DNA of 64,000 bases from an uncultured Bacteroidota bacterium (GTDB lineage Bacteria > Bacteroidota > Bacteroidia > Bacteroidales > JAAUTT01), in NCBI GenBank assembly GCA_963846585.1, contig CAWJWO010000010.1:5163-69162 (forward strand). The letters are read 5' to 3'. A program made the position numbers and the translations under genes. The stretch's first letter is position 1. Each line of letters opens with the position of its first letter. The notes beneath the pieces are model-generated. The model did not search any database and was not told the DNA's origin. It was given only the letters and a program-made list of their open reading frames with translations. Shown here piece by piece: positions 53,345-64,000 of this stretch.

Positions 53345-54274
53345 TTAATTTTTATTGTTAAGACTTAAAAGCCACCATTTTAAATTATTAGTCCATGTAG
53401 CAATATGTTCATTTTTAATTCCTAATCCAAAACCATGTTCGCCTTCAGATAAAATGTGCATTTCGGCCGGAATCTTTTTTGCCCGCAGAGCTTTAAAGAA
53501 AAGCAATGTATTTTCAACCGGGACTGCGGAATCGTCATAAGCATGAACTAAAAAAGCCGGAGGGCTATCTTCTTTTACCTGCAGTTCATTTGAATATTCC
53601 CTTATTAATTTTTTATCCGGATTTTTCCCAAGAAGGTTGTCCATAGAGCCTTGATGCCTGGTTGTATCGGTAAATGTAATTACAGGGTACATTAATATCA
53701 TAAAATCGGGCCGGCAGCTTATTCTATCAATGGAATCCAGGGAGGCAGGATTACCATAGTCAAAATGAGTTCCCAAAGTCGATGCAAGGTGTCCACCTGC
53801 AGAAAATCCAATAATTCCGATCTTACGAGGATCGATATTCCACTTCGGGGCATTAAACCGTACCATCCGCATGGCACGCTGGGCATCTGTCAATGGCACT
53901 TTACTCGGTACTTCCCAATTACCAAATATTGGAAGCCTGTATTTTAATACTATAGCAGCTACACCGATCGAATTAAAGTAACTGGCAATGTCAGTGCCTT
54001 CAAGGTCGGGAACCAGAAGCCCATATCCTCCGCCAGGACAGATAATTACAGCTTGCCTTGTAGAAATTCTTTTGCTTGGAAGGTATACCGTAATATCTGG
54101 ATTCAGAACTTCCCTGATTAATGTAATATCCGTTTTTTCAATTTTTTCTTTTCTTTCAGTTTCCTTTGAACTCAGAACCGGGTTTTGGTATAAGGGCAAC
54201 CTGTAATCCTGTCCTGCTGCTGCCAGGCTTATTGAAAATAAAGTCAGGAAAATAAATTTTGTCTTGTTTTTCAC
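53345..54274 (-). CDS. Alpha/beta-hydrolase esterase (carbohydrate esterase-like)
   Basis: Oxyanion region CPGGGY, nucleophile elbow GFSAGGH, and late D and H (AYDDSAVP, GEHGFG). Adjacent to the GH26 gene. Confidence 0.8.
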   Translation of the reverse strand: MKNKTKFIFLTLFSISLAAAGQDYRLPLYQNPVLSSKETERKEKIEKTDITLIREVLNPDITVYLPSKRISTRQAVIICPGGGYGLLVPDLEGTDIASYFNSIGVAAIVLKYRLPIFGNWEVPSKVPLTDAQRAMRMVRFNAPKWNIDPRKIGIIGFSAGGHLASTLGTHFDYGNPASLDSIDRISCRPDFMILMYPVITFTDTTRHQGSMDNLLGKNPDKKLIREYSNELQVKEDSPPAFLVHAYDDSAVPVENTLLFFKALRAKKIPAEMHILSEGEHGFGLGIKNEHIATWTNNLKWWLLSLNNKN

Positions 54275-54380
54275 TAGTACATAATATATTAATAAGTTAT
54301 ATATATAATATAAAGTTGAGCATAAAATTTCAAACTATTGCTATATCAATTTTAATATTTTTAAATACATTTAAAGAAAA

Positions 54381-54508
54381 GTAGTAAGTCGTATGTAGTA
54401 AGTCGTAAGTAAAATGTAATTAAGTGATGGAGTGATGGAGTGATGGAGTGATGAAGTAAAATATTGGTAATCAGTAATTAGTAATCAGTAATTAGTAATT
54501 AGTAATCA
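54381..54508. repeat. Mosaic of word arrays (GTAGTAAGTC, GTGATGGA, GTAATCA/GTAATTA)
   Basis: Read directly. Three successive arrays end 7 nt before the ATG at 54516. Confidence 0.9.
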
Positions 54509-54515
54509 TTTTTAT

Positions 54516-54896
54516 ATGGTTAAAATTTTGAAAAACAATAAGGTTAAGTGGTTGAGTGAACCGGAAGAACACGATTATCCTGCAGCTTTATCATATTTAA
54601 CTTTACTCTTTGATCAAGAGTCAGCTAATAAATTAGTTGTAAAGTTGAAACTTGCTGTAATAACTAAGTTCAAAGCAAAGGATATTTTCAGGGCATCAGG
54701 ATTGCCATTACTCGGAACCAGCAATTCACATGTAGAAAAGGATAAACGTAAAATAGAATCGGATGAAGAATTATCCCCATTGTTGCTTGTAAGGAAACCA
54801 GGAAATGGAAAAGTTATCATTGCCGATGGTTATCATCGTCTTTGTGCTGTGTACTCTTTTGATGAGGATGCTATAATACCCTGTAAAATTGTCTGA
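54516..54896 (+). CDS. Small ParB/Srx-fold (ParB N-terminal-like) protein, putative
   Basis: The VIIADGYHRLCAV segment resembles the DGxHR motif of ParB-like nuclease / sulfiredoxin-fold domains. Otherwise unassigned. Confidence 0.4.
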   Translation: MVKILKNNKVKWLSEPEEHDYPAALSYLTLLFDQESANKLVVKLKLAVITKFKAKDIFRASGLPLLGTSNSHVEKDKRKIESDEELSPLLLVRKPGNGKVIIADGYHRLCAVYSFDEDAIIPCKIV

Positions 54897-54943
54897 TAAT
54901 TGTAATTAGTCGTTGGTTGTTAGTTGTTGGTTGCAGGTACACG

Positions 54944-54967
54944 TACCCTTAATGGAGTCGAAGGGTA
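54944..54967 (+). terminator. Short hairpin after the ParB-like ORF
   Basis: TACCCTT-AATGGAGTCG-AAGGGTA. It has no T-run, so terminator function is uncertain. Confidence 0.25.
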
Positions 54968-55121
54968 TAAGATATTCAACATTAAAACTAATACAATTTC
55001 AATATGTTAATTACTAGTGACATATTAAAAAAGGGCCACAAAACACTACATCAAAAATAATAGTGCTAATATGATTCTGGATTTAATATTTTTAATTTCA
55101 GATTTAAGATTTCTTTTTTTT

Positions 55122-55205
55122 CACGTCCCACGTCTCATGTCCCATGTCCCATGTCCCACGTCCCTTTCTGCCTTCTGCCCTCTGTCTTCTGACTTCTTCC
55201 CTCTC
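55122..55205. repeat. Word arrays (CACGTCC/CATGTCC heptamers, then CTTCTGC-family units) abutting the smpB stop
   Basis: CACGTCCCACGTCTCATGTCCCATGTCCCATGTCCCACGTCCC followed by TTTCTGCCTTCTGCCCTCTGTCTTCTGACTTCTTCC. Confidence 0.9.
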
Positions 55206-55664
55206 TTATCTTTTAAACTCCCTGTCCATTTCGCGTTTGGCATCGCGGTTTTTAATATCATGCCGTTTATCAAATTCTTGTTTACCCCTGGCCAATGCCA
55301 GTTCAATTTTCGCTAAACCTTTTTCATTTACAAATAGCCTGATTGCAATAATCGTCAAGCCTTTTTCAGCCGATTTACGTTCCAGCTTGTTTAGTTCTTT
55401 CTTGTTTAATAACAGTTTACGTTCACGCTTTGGTTCGTGGTTATTATATGACCCCCACCAATATTCTGAGACATGCATCCCTTTGAGGTAAAGTTCACCA
55501 CTATGAAAATAACAGTACGAATCTACCAGGGTTGCTTTTCCTGCCTTAATTGATTTTATTTCTGTTCCGGTAAGTTGGATTCCTGCGGTGAATTTCTCAA
55601 GAAACTCAAATTCATGAGAGGCTCCTTTATTTCTGATGTTGATATGTTGCGGAGATTCTGACAT
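55206..55664 (-). CDS. smpB: SsrA-binding protein
   Basis: [27 protein letters not shown]...[17 protein letters not shown]...[10 protein letters not shown] are classic SmpB motifs. 152 aa. Confidence 0.93.
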   Translation of the reverse strand: MSESPQHINIRNKGASHEFEFLEKFTAGIQLTGTEIKSIKAGKATLVDSYCYFHSGELYLKGMHVSEYWWGSYNNHEPKRERKLLLNKKELNKLERKSAEKGLTIIAIRLFVNEKGLAKIELALARGKQEFDKRHDIKNRDAKREMDREFKR

Positions 55665-55674
55665 TATTTAATTT

Positions 55675-56259
55675 TTAAGGTATATTGGCTACGAAAATGC
55701 CTGTAAGTATTTTACCAAGTATAAGATATACAACAGTATATATTCCTGCCATTATTAACCCTGAAACCACAACAAAACCAACTTTATTATCTTCAGGTGT
55801 TTCTAATAATATTGAAGAACCTATCCAGAAAAGATAAATTGAATATAATGCAAATAACTGGCTTATACCCAGTGGAGGGAGTAAATTTGTAAATGCAGTC
55901 GTAATAAAATAAGCTGTAAAAGAATAAACAACCAGTTTGAAAGTACTATGTATGTTTTTTTTAGAATTAAAACTTGTTGTAATCTCATTGATTATTATGG
56001 CAGAAAAATACATACTTACAAAAGCAACGGCAAACATTATTATTGCTTTAGTAATAACATACATGAATGAATATAAATACCTTGAAGCAAAAATAATATC
56101 TCCAATAATTGAACAAATAACTATAATTATTAACAAAGGCAAGGCATATCCTGATATTATTTCATTTTTAGTGTCATTTTCGTTATTTATTCTTACCCAT
56201 TCTTCTTTTGGACTTACAATTAAATTTTTTACCCGGGTAAATATAAATTTAATGTTCAT
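55675..56259 (-). CDS. Yip1-family membrane protein, putative
   Basis: A soluble N-terminus (PKEEW) followed by five TM helices. Family call is tentative. Confidence 0.45.
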   Translation of the reverse strand: MNIKFIFTRVKNLIVSPKEEWVRINNENDTKNEIISGYALPLLIIIVICSIIGDIIFASRYLYSFMYVITKAIIMFAVAFVSMYFSAIIINEITTSFNSKKNIHSTFKLVVYSFTAYFITTAFTNLLPPLGISQLFALYSIYLFWIGSSILLETPEDNKVGFVVVSGLIMAGIYTVVYLILGKILTGIFVANIP

Positions 56260-56486
56260 TATGTTCGACCTTTTAATTTAACTATCACAAATTTATAAAA
56301 AAAGTGCTTAGTTATAAGAATATTCAATTAAATTCGAAATGGATCCTTTTTCATGTGCTATTTTTGGTATAGCTGGGTTGATAATTCAATCTTCCCTTAT
56401 ATCTATAACTATTATCTCAGTTATTACTGGCTGGTATTTTATTTCAGTAGTTCCTCATTTATTTTCTAAATATTGTTATTTTTTTA

Positions 56487-56594
56487 AAGGTTATACAAAC
56501 TGTAAAGGTTGTAAAAGTTGTATTTTTTACAACCTTTACAACCTCTTCAACCTCTACAACTGTAAAGTACTAAGCACTATGTACTAAGCACTAT
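56487..56594. repeat. Local palindrome of AAGGTTGTAAA / TTTACAACCTT words plus a GTACTAAGCACTAT array abutting the metY stop
   Basis: TGTAAAGGTTGTAAAAGTTGTA faces TACAACCTTTACAACCTCTTCAACC. GTACTAAGCACTATGTACTAAGCACTAT then ends at the stop codon (56595). Confidence 0.85.
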
Positions 56595-57908
<1,314 letters not shown>

Positions 57909-57989
57909 TTAATTAAATAGATTAATCTTATTGATATGTTTAAGTTTTGGATACATATTTAAGTCAAAACTAATACTATAATAGCAACT

Positions 57990-58017
57990 GAAAAATACCA
58001 TTTTGATGGTATTTTTC
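57990..58017 (-). terminator. Hairpin between the LuxR-type regulator gene and metY
   Basis: GAAAAATACCA-TTTTGA-TGGTATTTTTC, an 11-bp stem with T-runs on both strands. It lies downstream of the minus-strand gene 58331-58990. Confidence 0.45.
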
Positions 58018-58036
58018 ATACCGATATGTAGGTATA

Positions 58037-58329
58037 GTCGTAAGTCGTAGTCGTAAGTAGTAAGTCGAAAGTCGTAAGTAAAAAGATGAAAGATAAAAGA
58101 ATTTGAAAATTTGAAAATTTGAAAATGTGCAAATTTGAAAATTGTTTATGAGGTTTATAAGGTTTATAAAGTTTATAAGGTTTATAAGGTTTATGAGGTT
58201 TATGAGGTTTATAATACTTTATTATCTTTCTTCTTTCTTCTTTTATCTTTTGAATTTTATCTTCTGTCTTCTGCCTTCTGCCTTCTGCCTTCTTTTTAGT
58301 CTTACTACTTACTACTTACTACTTACGAC
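58037..58329. repeat. ~290-bp mosaic of at least six word arrays with partially palindromic outer arms
   Basis: In order: GTCGTAAGT units, GATGAAAGATAAAAGA, TTTGAAAA units, TTTATAAGG/TTTATGAGG units, TCTTTCTTC units, CTTCTGC units, CTTACTA units. The first and last arrays are reverse complements of each other. Ends 1 nt before the stop of the 58331-58990 gene. Confidence 0.9.
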
Positions 58330-58330
58330 T

Positions 58331-58990
58331 TTATATGTAGTACTCCGTAGTATCTATGATACCATTCCGCATAGCATACATATGAAGTTCAGAAGTGTTA
58401 GTAATTGCAAGCTTTCTGAATATATTTTTACGATGAGTTATTATTGTATGAAAGCTAAGGTTTTTTTGACTGGCAATTTCCTTTGTAGTCAATCCCTGTG
58501 TTATCAGACGTACAATTTCTATTTCTGCTGCCGTTAATTTTCCGGGTTCCTTTTTTTTACGAAAGGATGAATTTTTGTGTAGCAATACATCAAGCACCTT
58601 ACTGCTGAAATATTTTCGTCCCTCTAAGGTTGATCTGAATGCTTCAATAAGTTCATTTTCATCACAGGTCTTCAGAATATAATTTGTAATACCCGCATCG
58701 AGGACTTTTATTATACTTTCAGGATTTTGGTTGGCTGTAATTACAAGGATGCTAATTTTAGGGAAACATTTCCTTAAGGATTCAATGTCAGATATATTTT
58801 CAAAATCAATAAAGTCATAATCTAATATCAATGCATCATGATTATTCGTTTGAAGCATATTAATCAGTTCATCCTTTGTTTTGGCTTCATTAAAAATAAT
58901 ACCATCATTATAGTATTGACTTAATATTGACGTTATTCCAATATAAGTCAGAAGTTGATTATCACATATAACTACAGACAGTTTTTCCAT
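58331..58990 (-). CDS. NarL/FixJ-type response regulator (receiver plus LuxR HTH)
   Basis: Receiver (VVICDNQ, DALILDYD, ILVITAN, ILK) and C-terminal LTAAEIEIVRLITQGLTTKEIASQKNLSFHTIITHRKNIFRKL. Confidence 0.8.
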   Translation of the reverse strand: MEKLSVVICDNQLLTYIGITSILSQYYNDGIIFNEAKTKDELINMLQTNNHDALILDYDFIDFENISDIESLRKCFPKISILVITANQNPESIIKVLDAGITNYILKTCDENELIEAFRSTLEGRKYFSSKVLDVLLHKNSSFRKKKEPGKLTAAEIEIVRLITQGLTTKEIASQKNLSFHTIITHRKNIFRKLAITNTSELHMYAMRNGIIDTTEYYI

Positions 58991-59100
58991 CTGGTAAATG
59001 TCGATAATAATTTCAATTTAACCAATTACTTAAAATTGTAATTTGCAGGAGAATTTTTGATTAATTTTTTGTAGTATAATCTTCTTAGCGAAAAAAGTAA

Positions 59101-61491
59101 ATGAAAATGAATAAGTTAATTGGAAGATTTATCTTTTATTTGTTGGTTTTTAATCTTTTACTATTTGCATCAAATGTAATTGGAAAGAGTATAAAAATAT
59201 ATGGAATGGTTGTAGATAGTGTTACAAACATACCATTACCCGGTGCAGTTATATCAGATAGCCTGACCGGAAGTATAGCAATAGCTGATAAAGATGGAAA
59301 TTATTTTTGCCAGCTAAATAATAATAACCATGTAATTAAATGTCAATTTTTAGGATACGCTAATTCCATTATTACTTTAACTTTGCTTCGGGATACCAAT
59401 ATTACATTCAGGTTAGTAAAGAGTAACCTGGAAATTAAAGAAGTAACTGTACTTTATGATTCATCAGCAAGCCGCATTAAAAATGTTCAGGGTGGTATAG
59501 TTTCCCTAACCAGGAAAGAAGTAGTTTCGATGCCGCTTCTTTTAGGAGAATCTGACTTTTACAGGACTTTGCAATTATTACCCGGAATACAAAACAGCGG
59601 TGAGGGTAATGCTGCAATATACGTACGTGGAGGCGGTGCAGATGAAAACCTGGTACTATTGGATGGAGCTGTAGTATACAATCCGGCACATCTTCTTGGC
59701 TTTTATTCTATATTTAATACTGATGCGATTAGTGATGTATCATTTATTAAGGCGGGTATTCCTGCCGAATATGGCAACAGGATATCGTCGGTACTGGATT
59801 TTAATTCAAAACCAGGAATACCTTCCACAACTGAAGTGATGGGAAATATTGGTGTTATTTCTTCGCATATGAAAGTTACAGTTCCTTTATCTGATGGAAT
59901 AGGCAGCATTTTTCTGGCATTTCGCCAAACATACCTTAATTTATTGTTATCAGCTATGAAGGAAATTAATCTTATTGGAAACCATTCTATATTACGAAAT
60001 TCAAGGTATGATTTTTATGATTTAAATGGTGGAGTGTATATGGAGTTTAATCACAAAAACAAACTTTATGCCGGCTTATATCAAGGGGAAGATGATTTTG
60101 ACCTGAACGCACCTCAAATTGACCTGGATGCGATTATGAAATGGGGAAACAAAATAGCCTCCTTAAAATGGGCACATTTGATTAGCCCTGACTTAATCAT
60201 GGAAAACAGCTTCTATAGCAGCGGGTACGATTTTCAAATGAATTTATCGCAGAATTATAATAATTTTAATTTAACATCCAATATACAGGATTATGGGTAT
60301 AAAAATAAATTTTCTTATTTTAACAACAGAAATAAAATAAAAGCAGGATTGGAGATAATACATCACAGTATTACCCCAAATTCCAGCACTGTTTCAGCTG
60401 ATACCCAGCAACTGAATAATGTTAAAATTTACAGCTACTATGCATATGAGAACAGTATATTTTTATCTGATGAATATACTGTCACAAACAAACTGAGTTT
60501 CGTAGCCGGACTTCGTGCTAATATCTATTTTCAGGTTGGGCCTTATTTAAACTATCAGTACGATTCCTTTGGAAACATTACTGATACTCTTGAATACCCC
60601 ACCGGAAAAATCATTCAGGCCTATCACGGCCTTGAACCAAGGTTATCAGTTCGTTATCTGGTTGGGAATGATGCGTCAATTAAGTTTTCCTATAATTATA
60701 ACAACCAATACATTCATCTTGTAAGTACTTCATCTGTTGCTTTCCCTACCGATTTTTGGATACCTTCAACGAAAGATATCGAACCACTTACCGGAAATCA
60801 ATGGGCTGCCGGATTTTATAAGAATATCACACACACATTTTTGGAAACTTCTTTAGAGGTTTATTATAAAAACACTTACCATCAACTTGAGTTTAAAAAT
60901 GACCTTTTTCAATTATTTAACAATACACCAACAGATGAAAATTTAATTTTTGGGAAAGGAAGATCATATGGGGTAGAGTTGTTAATTAGACGAACTTCCG
61001 GTAGGATTAACGGGTGGATTGGTTATACACTCTCCAAAACTATGGAAAGTTTTGCACAAATTGAACAGGGGCAATGGTTTCCTGCTAAATATGACAGAAC
61101 CCATAATGCATCATGTATTATTAATTTTGCACTTAACAAAAAATGGTCATTTTCAACTGTTTTTATTTATTCTACAGGAAGTGCATATACACCAGTGGTA
61201 GGAAGGTACCTTATAGCAGGCAATGTGATAAACCAGTACGGATCATATAATAGTGCCCGGATGCCCGATTATAGCAGGTTGGATATCTCAGCGACCTATG
61301 TATTGAGCAGTTCAAAACTTAAAAGTTCAAGGTTAATATTTTCAGTCTATAATGTTTACGACCGTCAAAATCCTTTTTTCATTTATCCACAAACTACCGG
61401 AAACATTTTTAATTTTACTCTGAATGTGGAGCCTGGTGAAATATCTATTTTCCCTATATTGCCTTCAGTAAGCTGGCAATTTTCTTTTTAA
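59101..61491 (+). CDS. TonB-dependent receptor with CarboxypepD_reg-like N-terminal domain
   Basis: GMVVDSVTNIPLPGAVI (CarboxypepD_reg), plug (LLPGIQNSGEGNAAIYVRGG), long barrel and a terminal WQFSF. Confidence 0.85.
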   Translation: MKMNKLIGRFIFYLLVFNLLLFASNVIGKSIKIYGMVVDSVTNIPLPGAVISDSLTGSIAIADKDGNYFCQLNNNNHVIKCQFLGYANSIITLTLLRDTNITFRLVKSNLEIKEVTVLYDSSASRIKNVQGGIVSLTRKEVVSMPLLLGESDFYRTLQLLPGIQNSGEGNAAIYVRGGGADENLVLLDGAVVYNPAHLLGFYSIFNTDAISDVSFIKAGIPAEYGNRISSVLDFNSKPGIPSTTEVMGNIGVISSHMKVTVPLSDGIGSIFLAFRQTYLNLLLSAMKEINLIGNHSILRNSRYDFYDLNGGVYMEFNHKNKLYAGLYQGEDDFDLNAPQIDLDAIMKWGNKIASLKWAHLISPDLIMENSFYSSGYDFQMNLSQNYNNFNLTSNIQDYGYKNKFSYFNNRNKIKAGLEIIHHSITPNSSTVSADTQQLNNVKIYSYYAYENSIFLSDEYTVTNKLSFVAGLRANIYFQVGPYLNYQYDSFGNITDTLEYPTGKIIQAYHGLEPRLSVRYLVGNDASIKFSYNYNNQYIHLVSTSSVAFPTDFWIPSTKDIEPLTGNQWAAGFYKNITHTFLETSLEVYYKNTYHQLEFKNDLFQLFNNTPTDENLIFGKGRSYGVELLIRRTSGRINGWIGYTLSKTMESFAQIEQGQWFPAKYDRTHNASCIINFALNKKWSFSTVFIYSTGSAYTPVVGRYLIAGNVINQYGSYNSARMPDYSRLDISATYVLSSSKLKSSRLIFSVYNVYDRQNPFFIYPQTTGNIFNFTLNVEPGEISIFPILPSVSWQFSF

Positions 61492-61546
61492 GTAGTGCTT
61501 GTACATAAAGCCCGTAGCCTGTGACCATAAGAATAAGATAAGGAAT

Positions 61547-62407
61547 ATGAAAAAGATATTTTGTTTTATTGCATTATTAACTTTTGTCATTTTGATAACA
61601 GCCTGCCAGAAAGATAATCAGAATAATTATGTGACTTTTCAACCTTCCATTATAGTGGAAGGCTCTATCGAACAGGGTGGATATCCGCTTGTATACCTTA
61701 CAAAAAATATTCCCTATTATTCAAATATTGATTCTTCCGATTTTATAAATATCGTAATCAGACAAGCTAAAGTTGTAGTATCGGATGGTAATAATTTGGA
61801 GGTATTGTCCCTGATGTATGACCAGCAACATTTTCCTCCTTATTATTATCGTGGAATTTTTTTAACCGGACTGGCTGGACATACCTACCAGCTTCAGATT
61901 TTTTATGGAACTGATACTCTTAGTGCTATAACCACAATTCCAGCTCCCGTTCCCATTGACACTGCCTGGCTGCAATCCACTAATGGAAATCCAGATCAGG
62001 CAATTGTATTTGCCACTATTCATGATGATCCGTTAGTTGTAAATTATTACAGGACATTTACCTGTACCCCGTTAACTCAAAGTGGGTTTTATCCCACACT
62101 GGAATCAGTTTTTAATGATAAGCTCTTTAACGGGAATACTTATACGTTTAAACTAAACAAGGGACCTGAAACCTACATCAATTTGAAGAACTTTAACGAT
62201 TATTTCAGTTTGACAGATTCCGTATATATTAAAATCTGGACAATGCAGCAGACACAATATACTTTTTGGCTGAATATTCAATCTGAAATAATTAATTCTG
62301 GAAATCCATTTGCCACATCTTATCATAATGTAATCTCAAACATTCAGGGCAACGGATTAGGTATTTGGGGAGGATATGGTGCTACAGTAAAATATGTACA
62401 CAAATAA
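61547..62407 (+). CDS. DUF4249-family lipoprotein (usual partner of this TBDR type)
   Basis: Lipobox ILITAC after MKKIFCFIALLTFV. The C-terminal GNGLGIWGGYG segment and the position directly after the TBDR fit. I prefer the ATG at 61547 to the ORF-track start at 61499. Confidence 0.7.
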   Translation: MKKIFCFIALLTFVILITACQKDNQNNYVTFQPSIIVEGSIEQGGYPLVYLTKNIPYYSNIDSSDFINIVIRQAKVVVSDGNNLEVLSLMYDQQHFPPYYYRGIFLTGLAGHTYQLQIFYGTDTLSAITTIPAPVPIDTAWLQSTNGNPDQAIVFATIHDDPLVVNYYRTFTCTPLTQSGFYPTLESVFNDKLFNGNTYTFKLNKGPETYINLKNFNDYFSLTDSVYIKIWTMQQTQYTFWLNIQSEIINSGNPFATSYHNVISNIQGNGLGIWGGYGATVKYVHK

Positions 62408-62535
62408 TTGATATCAGTAAGAAATCACCAATTTTTTCGTTAGGTTTGTCAGAAAAATGCTCATTTACTTAAAGTAAACTGCGCTTTTTCTGCCTTCGCA
62501 AGCCTCAAACTTGGTGATTTCTTATCTGATAATTA
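62405..62535 (+). repeat. Stop-codon-adjacent structured palindromic repeat, copy c
   Basis: Starts on the TAA of the DUF4249 gene. Outer stem TAATTGATATCAGTAAGAAATCACCAA / TTGGTGATTTCTTATCTGATAATTA, with the same conserved cores as copies a and b. Confidence 0.7.
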
Positions 62536-62636
62536 GTTTTATTGCCTATAATAAGTGTTTCTTTATAGTCGGGTGTTTGGATCATAAAGTTCGTAAACGA
62601 GCGTATTGAAGGCTACGGACTTTATGTACAAACATT

Positions 62637-63845
62637 CTAATTGGATGAGTTAAAAGTTATACCCTGAAATATCTTCGCCAATGAGGAAGAAAATCCGGCA
62701 CCATAATACGAATCGAATGTACCTTTTGATTTGTCTGCAAATACAAATTCTAATTCCATACCCCAGCTAGTGCTAATACCATTCAAATTTTCAACAGGAA
62801 CGGCCACTATGGTTGCAATTTTTTGATTTGAGCTTACATAATATAATATAAGTGAAGCATCATTGTTCAACAATCTGGCCTCTTGGGTGGCAACTGAATC
62901 GGGATTGGTACCGGATTCAATACCAGGTAGTTTTTTACCTATATCCGTATAGTTTACACTCCCTGCCCATGCTATATTTCCAAACTGGAAAGTGGTATTA
63001 GCTGTTTGAAGTATTGATTGAACAAGAGTAGCTGTATCAATAGTTGTTTTTGAAAAATTGCCGGTATTAGTTCCGGAAAATTGTGCTAGGGTATTTGTTC
63101 CGTTAAGGAAACTAAAGGTCATAACAACTGAAGTCGTTGTATATGTCCAGCTTGCCTGAAGTTTATATGGGGATAACAGAATAAAACCACTCACACTGGA
63201 AGGAATTCCACTGCTGCTGTATGATGCCGTAGAGCTGAATTCAGCTACTGTACTATTGCTAACGTTAAGCGTAATGCTAAAACTACCGGGGTAATCACCA
63301 TTATATCCGGAAATAAGAGATACAGCCTTAACTCCGGTATATTGAATTGTTAACTGCGCATCGTTGGTGGTTCCACCTGACTTGGAAGGAAAGTTAAAAA
63401 CAATATCCGAAGAATTTTTCACTGTATCGAATTGTTGGGTTCCCGGATTCCAGGTAAAAGTATACTTTATACTATTGAATAATTGTGTAAGCGTGGTATC
63501 CGAGCTTAAATTTATCGATTCAACCGCTTCATTAACATTACCATTTTGTTCAGATATGGCAGTTAATGGTTTAATGAGCCTTGCACTCTGTGAAGATTCT
63601 CCTCCTGATAAGCTAACAAAGTGTTCTAAAACAGAAATTGCATTTACATTGATCATACCTTGAACTCCATTGCTAATGTTCTGACATTCAGTGGTCAGGT
63701 CAGTTTTTTGTTGGTCTACCGTTTCAGTAGTGTAAGGAGATGTACCCGGATTTGAACTGGTAGAAGAATTATCAGATTTTTTACAGGATGTGATGGATAG
63801 GAATACTAATAAACACAAAGTACTAAATTTCATTGCTTTTATCAT
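62637..63845 (-). CDS. Hypothetical lipoprotein
   Basis: Lipobox SITSC. Ser/Thr-rich beta-type sequence, no family recognised. Confidence 0.6.
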   Translation of the reverse strand: MIKAMKFSTLCLLVFLSITSCKKSDNSSTSSNPGTSPYTTETVDQQKTDLTTECQNISNGVQGMINVNAISVLEHFVSLSGGESSQSARLIKPLTAISEQNGNVNEAVESINLSSDTTLTQLFNSIKYTFTWNPGTQQFDTVKNSSDIVFNFPSKSGGTTNDAQLTIQYTGVKAVSLISGYNGDYPGSFSITLNVSNSTVAEFSSTASYSSSGIPSSVSGFILLSPYKLQASWTYTTTSVVMTFSFLNGTNTLAQFSGTNTGNFSKTTIDTATLVQSILQTANTTFQFGNIAWAGSVNYTDIGKKLPGIESGTNPDSVATQEARLLNNDASLILYYVSSNQKIATIVAVPVENLNGISTSWGMELEFVFADKSKGTFDSYYGAGFSSSLAKIFQGITFNSSN

Positions 63846-63935
63846 AACAATAGGATTTAAATGAATTAATTGAATATAATTTTATTAAATTTAATAATAT
63901 TTCCTAAAAATTGAAATATATATTTATATAAATAA

Positions 63936-64000
63936 GTTTATACGTTTATAACGTTTATAAGTTTATAAGAAATTCTGTTACTCTAATAAACCTTATAAAC
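63936..64000. repeat. TTTATAA(G/C)-word array with an inverted partner at the window edge
   Basis: GTTTATACGTTTATAACGTTTATAAGTTTATAAG ... AACCTTATAAAC. Same word family as 58145-58210. Confidence 0.8.

Noticed and set aside
58142-58537. 131-aa ORF beginning MFMRFIRFIKFIRFIRFMRF
   Set aside because: It is translated entirely from tandem word arrays and from the antisense strand of the LuxR-type regulator gene. It shows no protein-like composition.

Overview
AT-rich window that looks Bacteroidota-like: TonB-dependent receptors with CarboxypepD_reg-type N-termini plus a DUF4249 partner, GH1 and GH26 glycosidases, a fused CcsBA, and many lipoprotein-type signal peptides. Layout from left to right. 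(1) nuoC'-nuoB-nuoA on the minus strand. (2) A decayed integration hotspot at 1.3-7.2 kb. It holds a ~250-bp GC-rich foreign patch (a frameshifted M24-peptidase C-terminus) fused in frame to a 5'-truncated hybrid histidine kinase, an IS21 element (istA/istB) inserted into the 3' end of a tyrosine integrase, and an orphan tRNA 3' fragment. (3) Two inverted ~707-bp copies of a TIR-bounded GIY-YIG nuclease cassette (7180-7886 and 41737-42443) that bracket a 33.8-kb block. (4) Inside that block: a peptidase, ABC exporter and PfkB kinase, an S41 peptidase, a beta-propeller protein, a GH1 enzyme, and a nine-gene signalling cluster (19089-31566). The cluster combines CheR/CheB-type methylation enzymes with GAF-PAS sensors, a PP2C phosphatase, a SiaB/SiaC-like partner switch and an ABCG-like transporter. 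This is my best candidate for an undescribed system. The block ends with a heme O synthase-like gene, ccsBA, larC-larB and cbiMNQO. (5) Right of the block: housekeeping and glycan genes (TBDRs, aldo-keto reductase, purD, GH26, esterase, smpB, metY, a LuxR-type response regulator). Two non-genic patterns recur across the window. One is a ~120-130-nt imperfect-palindrome repeat that sits exactly at stop codons and shows compensatory stem changes between copies. The other is arrays of 7-9-bp words filling nearly every intergenic region, often as inverted pairs. No CRISPR array, rRNA or intact tRNA was seen. All protein calls rest on motif recognition by eye, not on searches.
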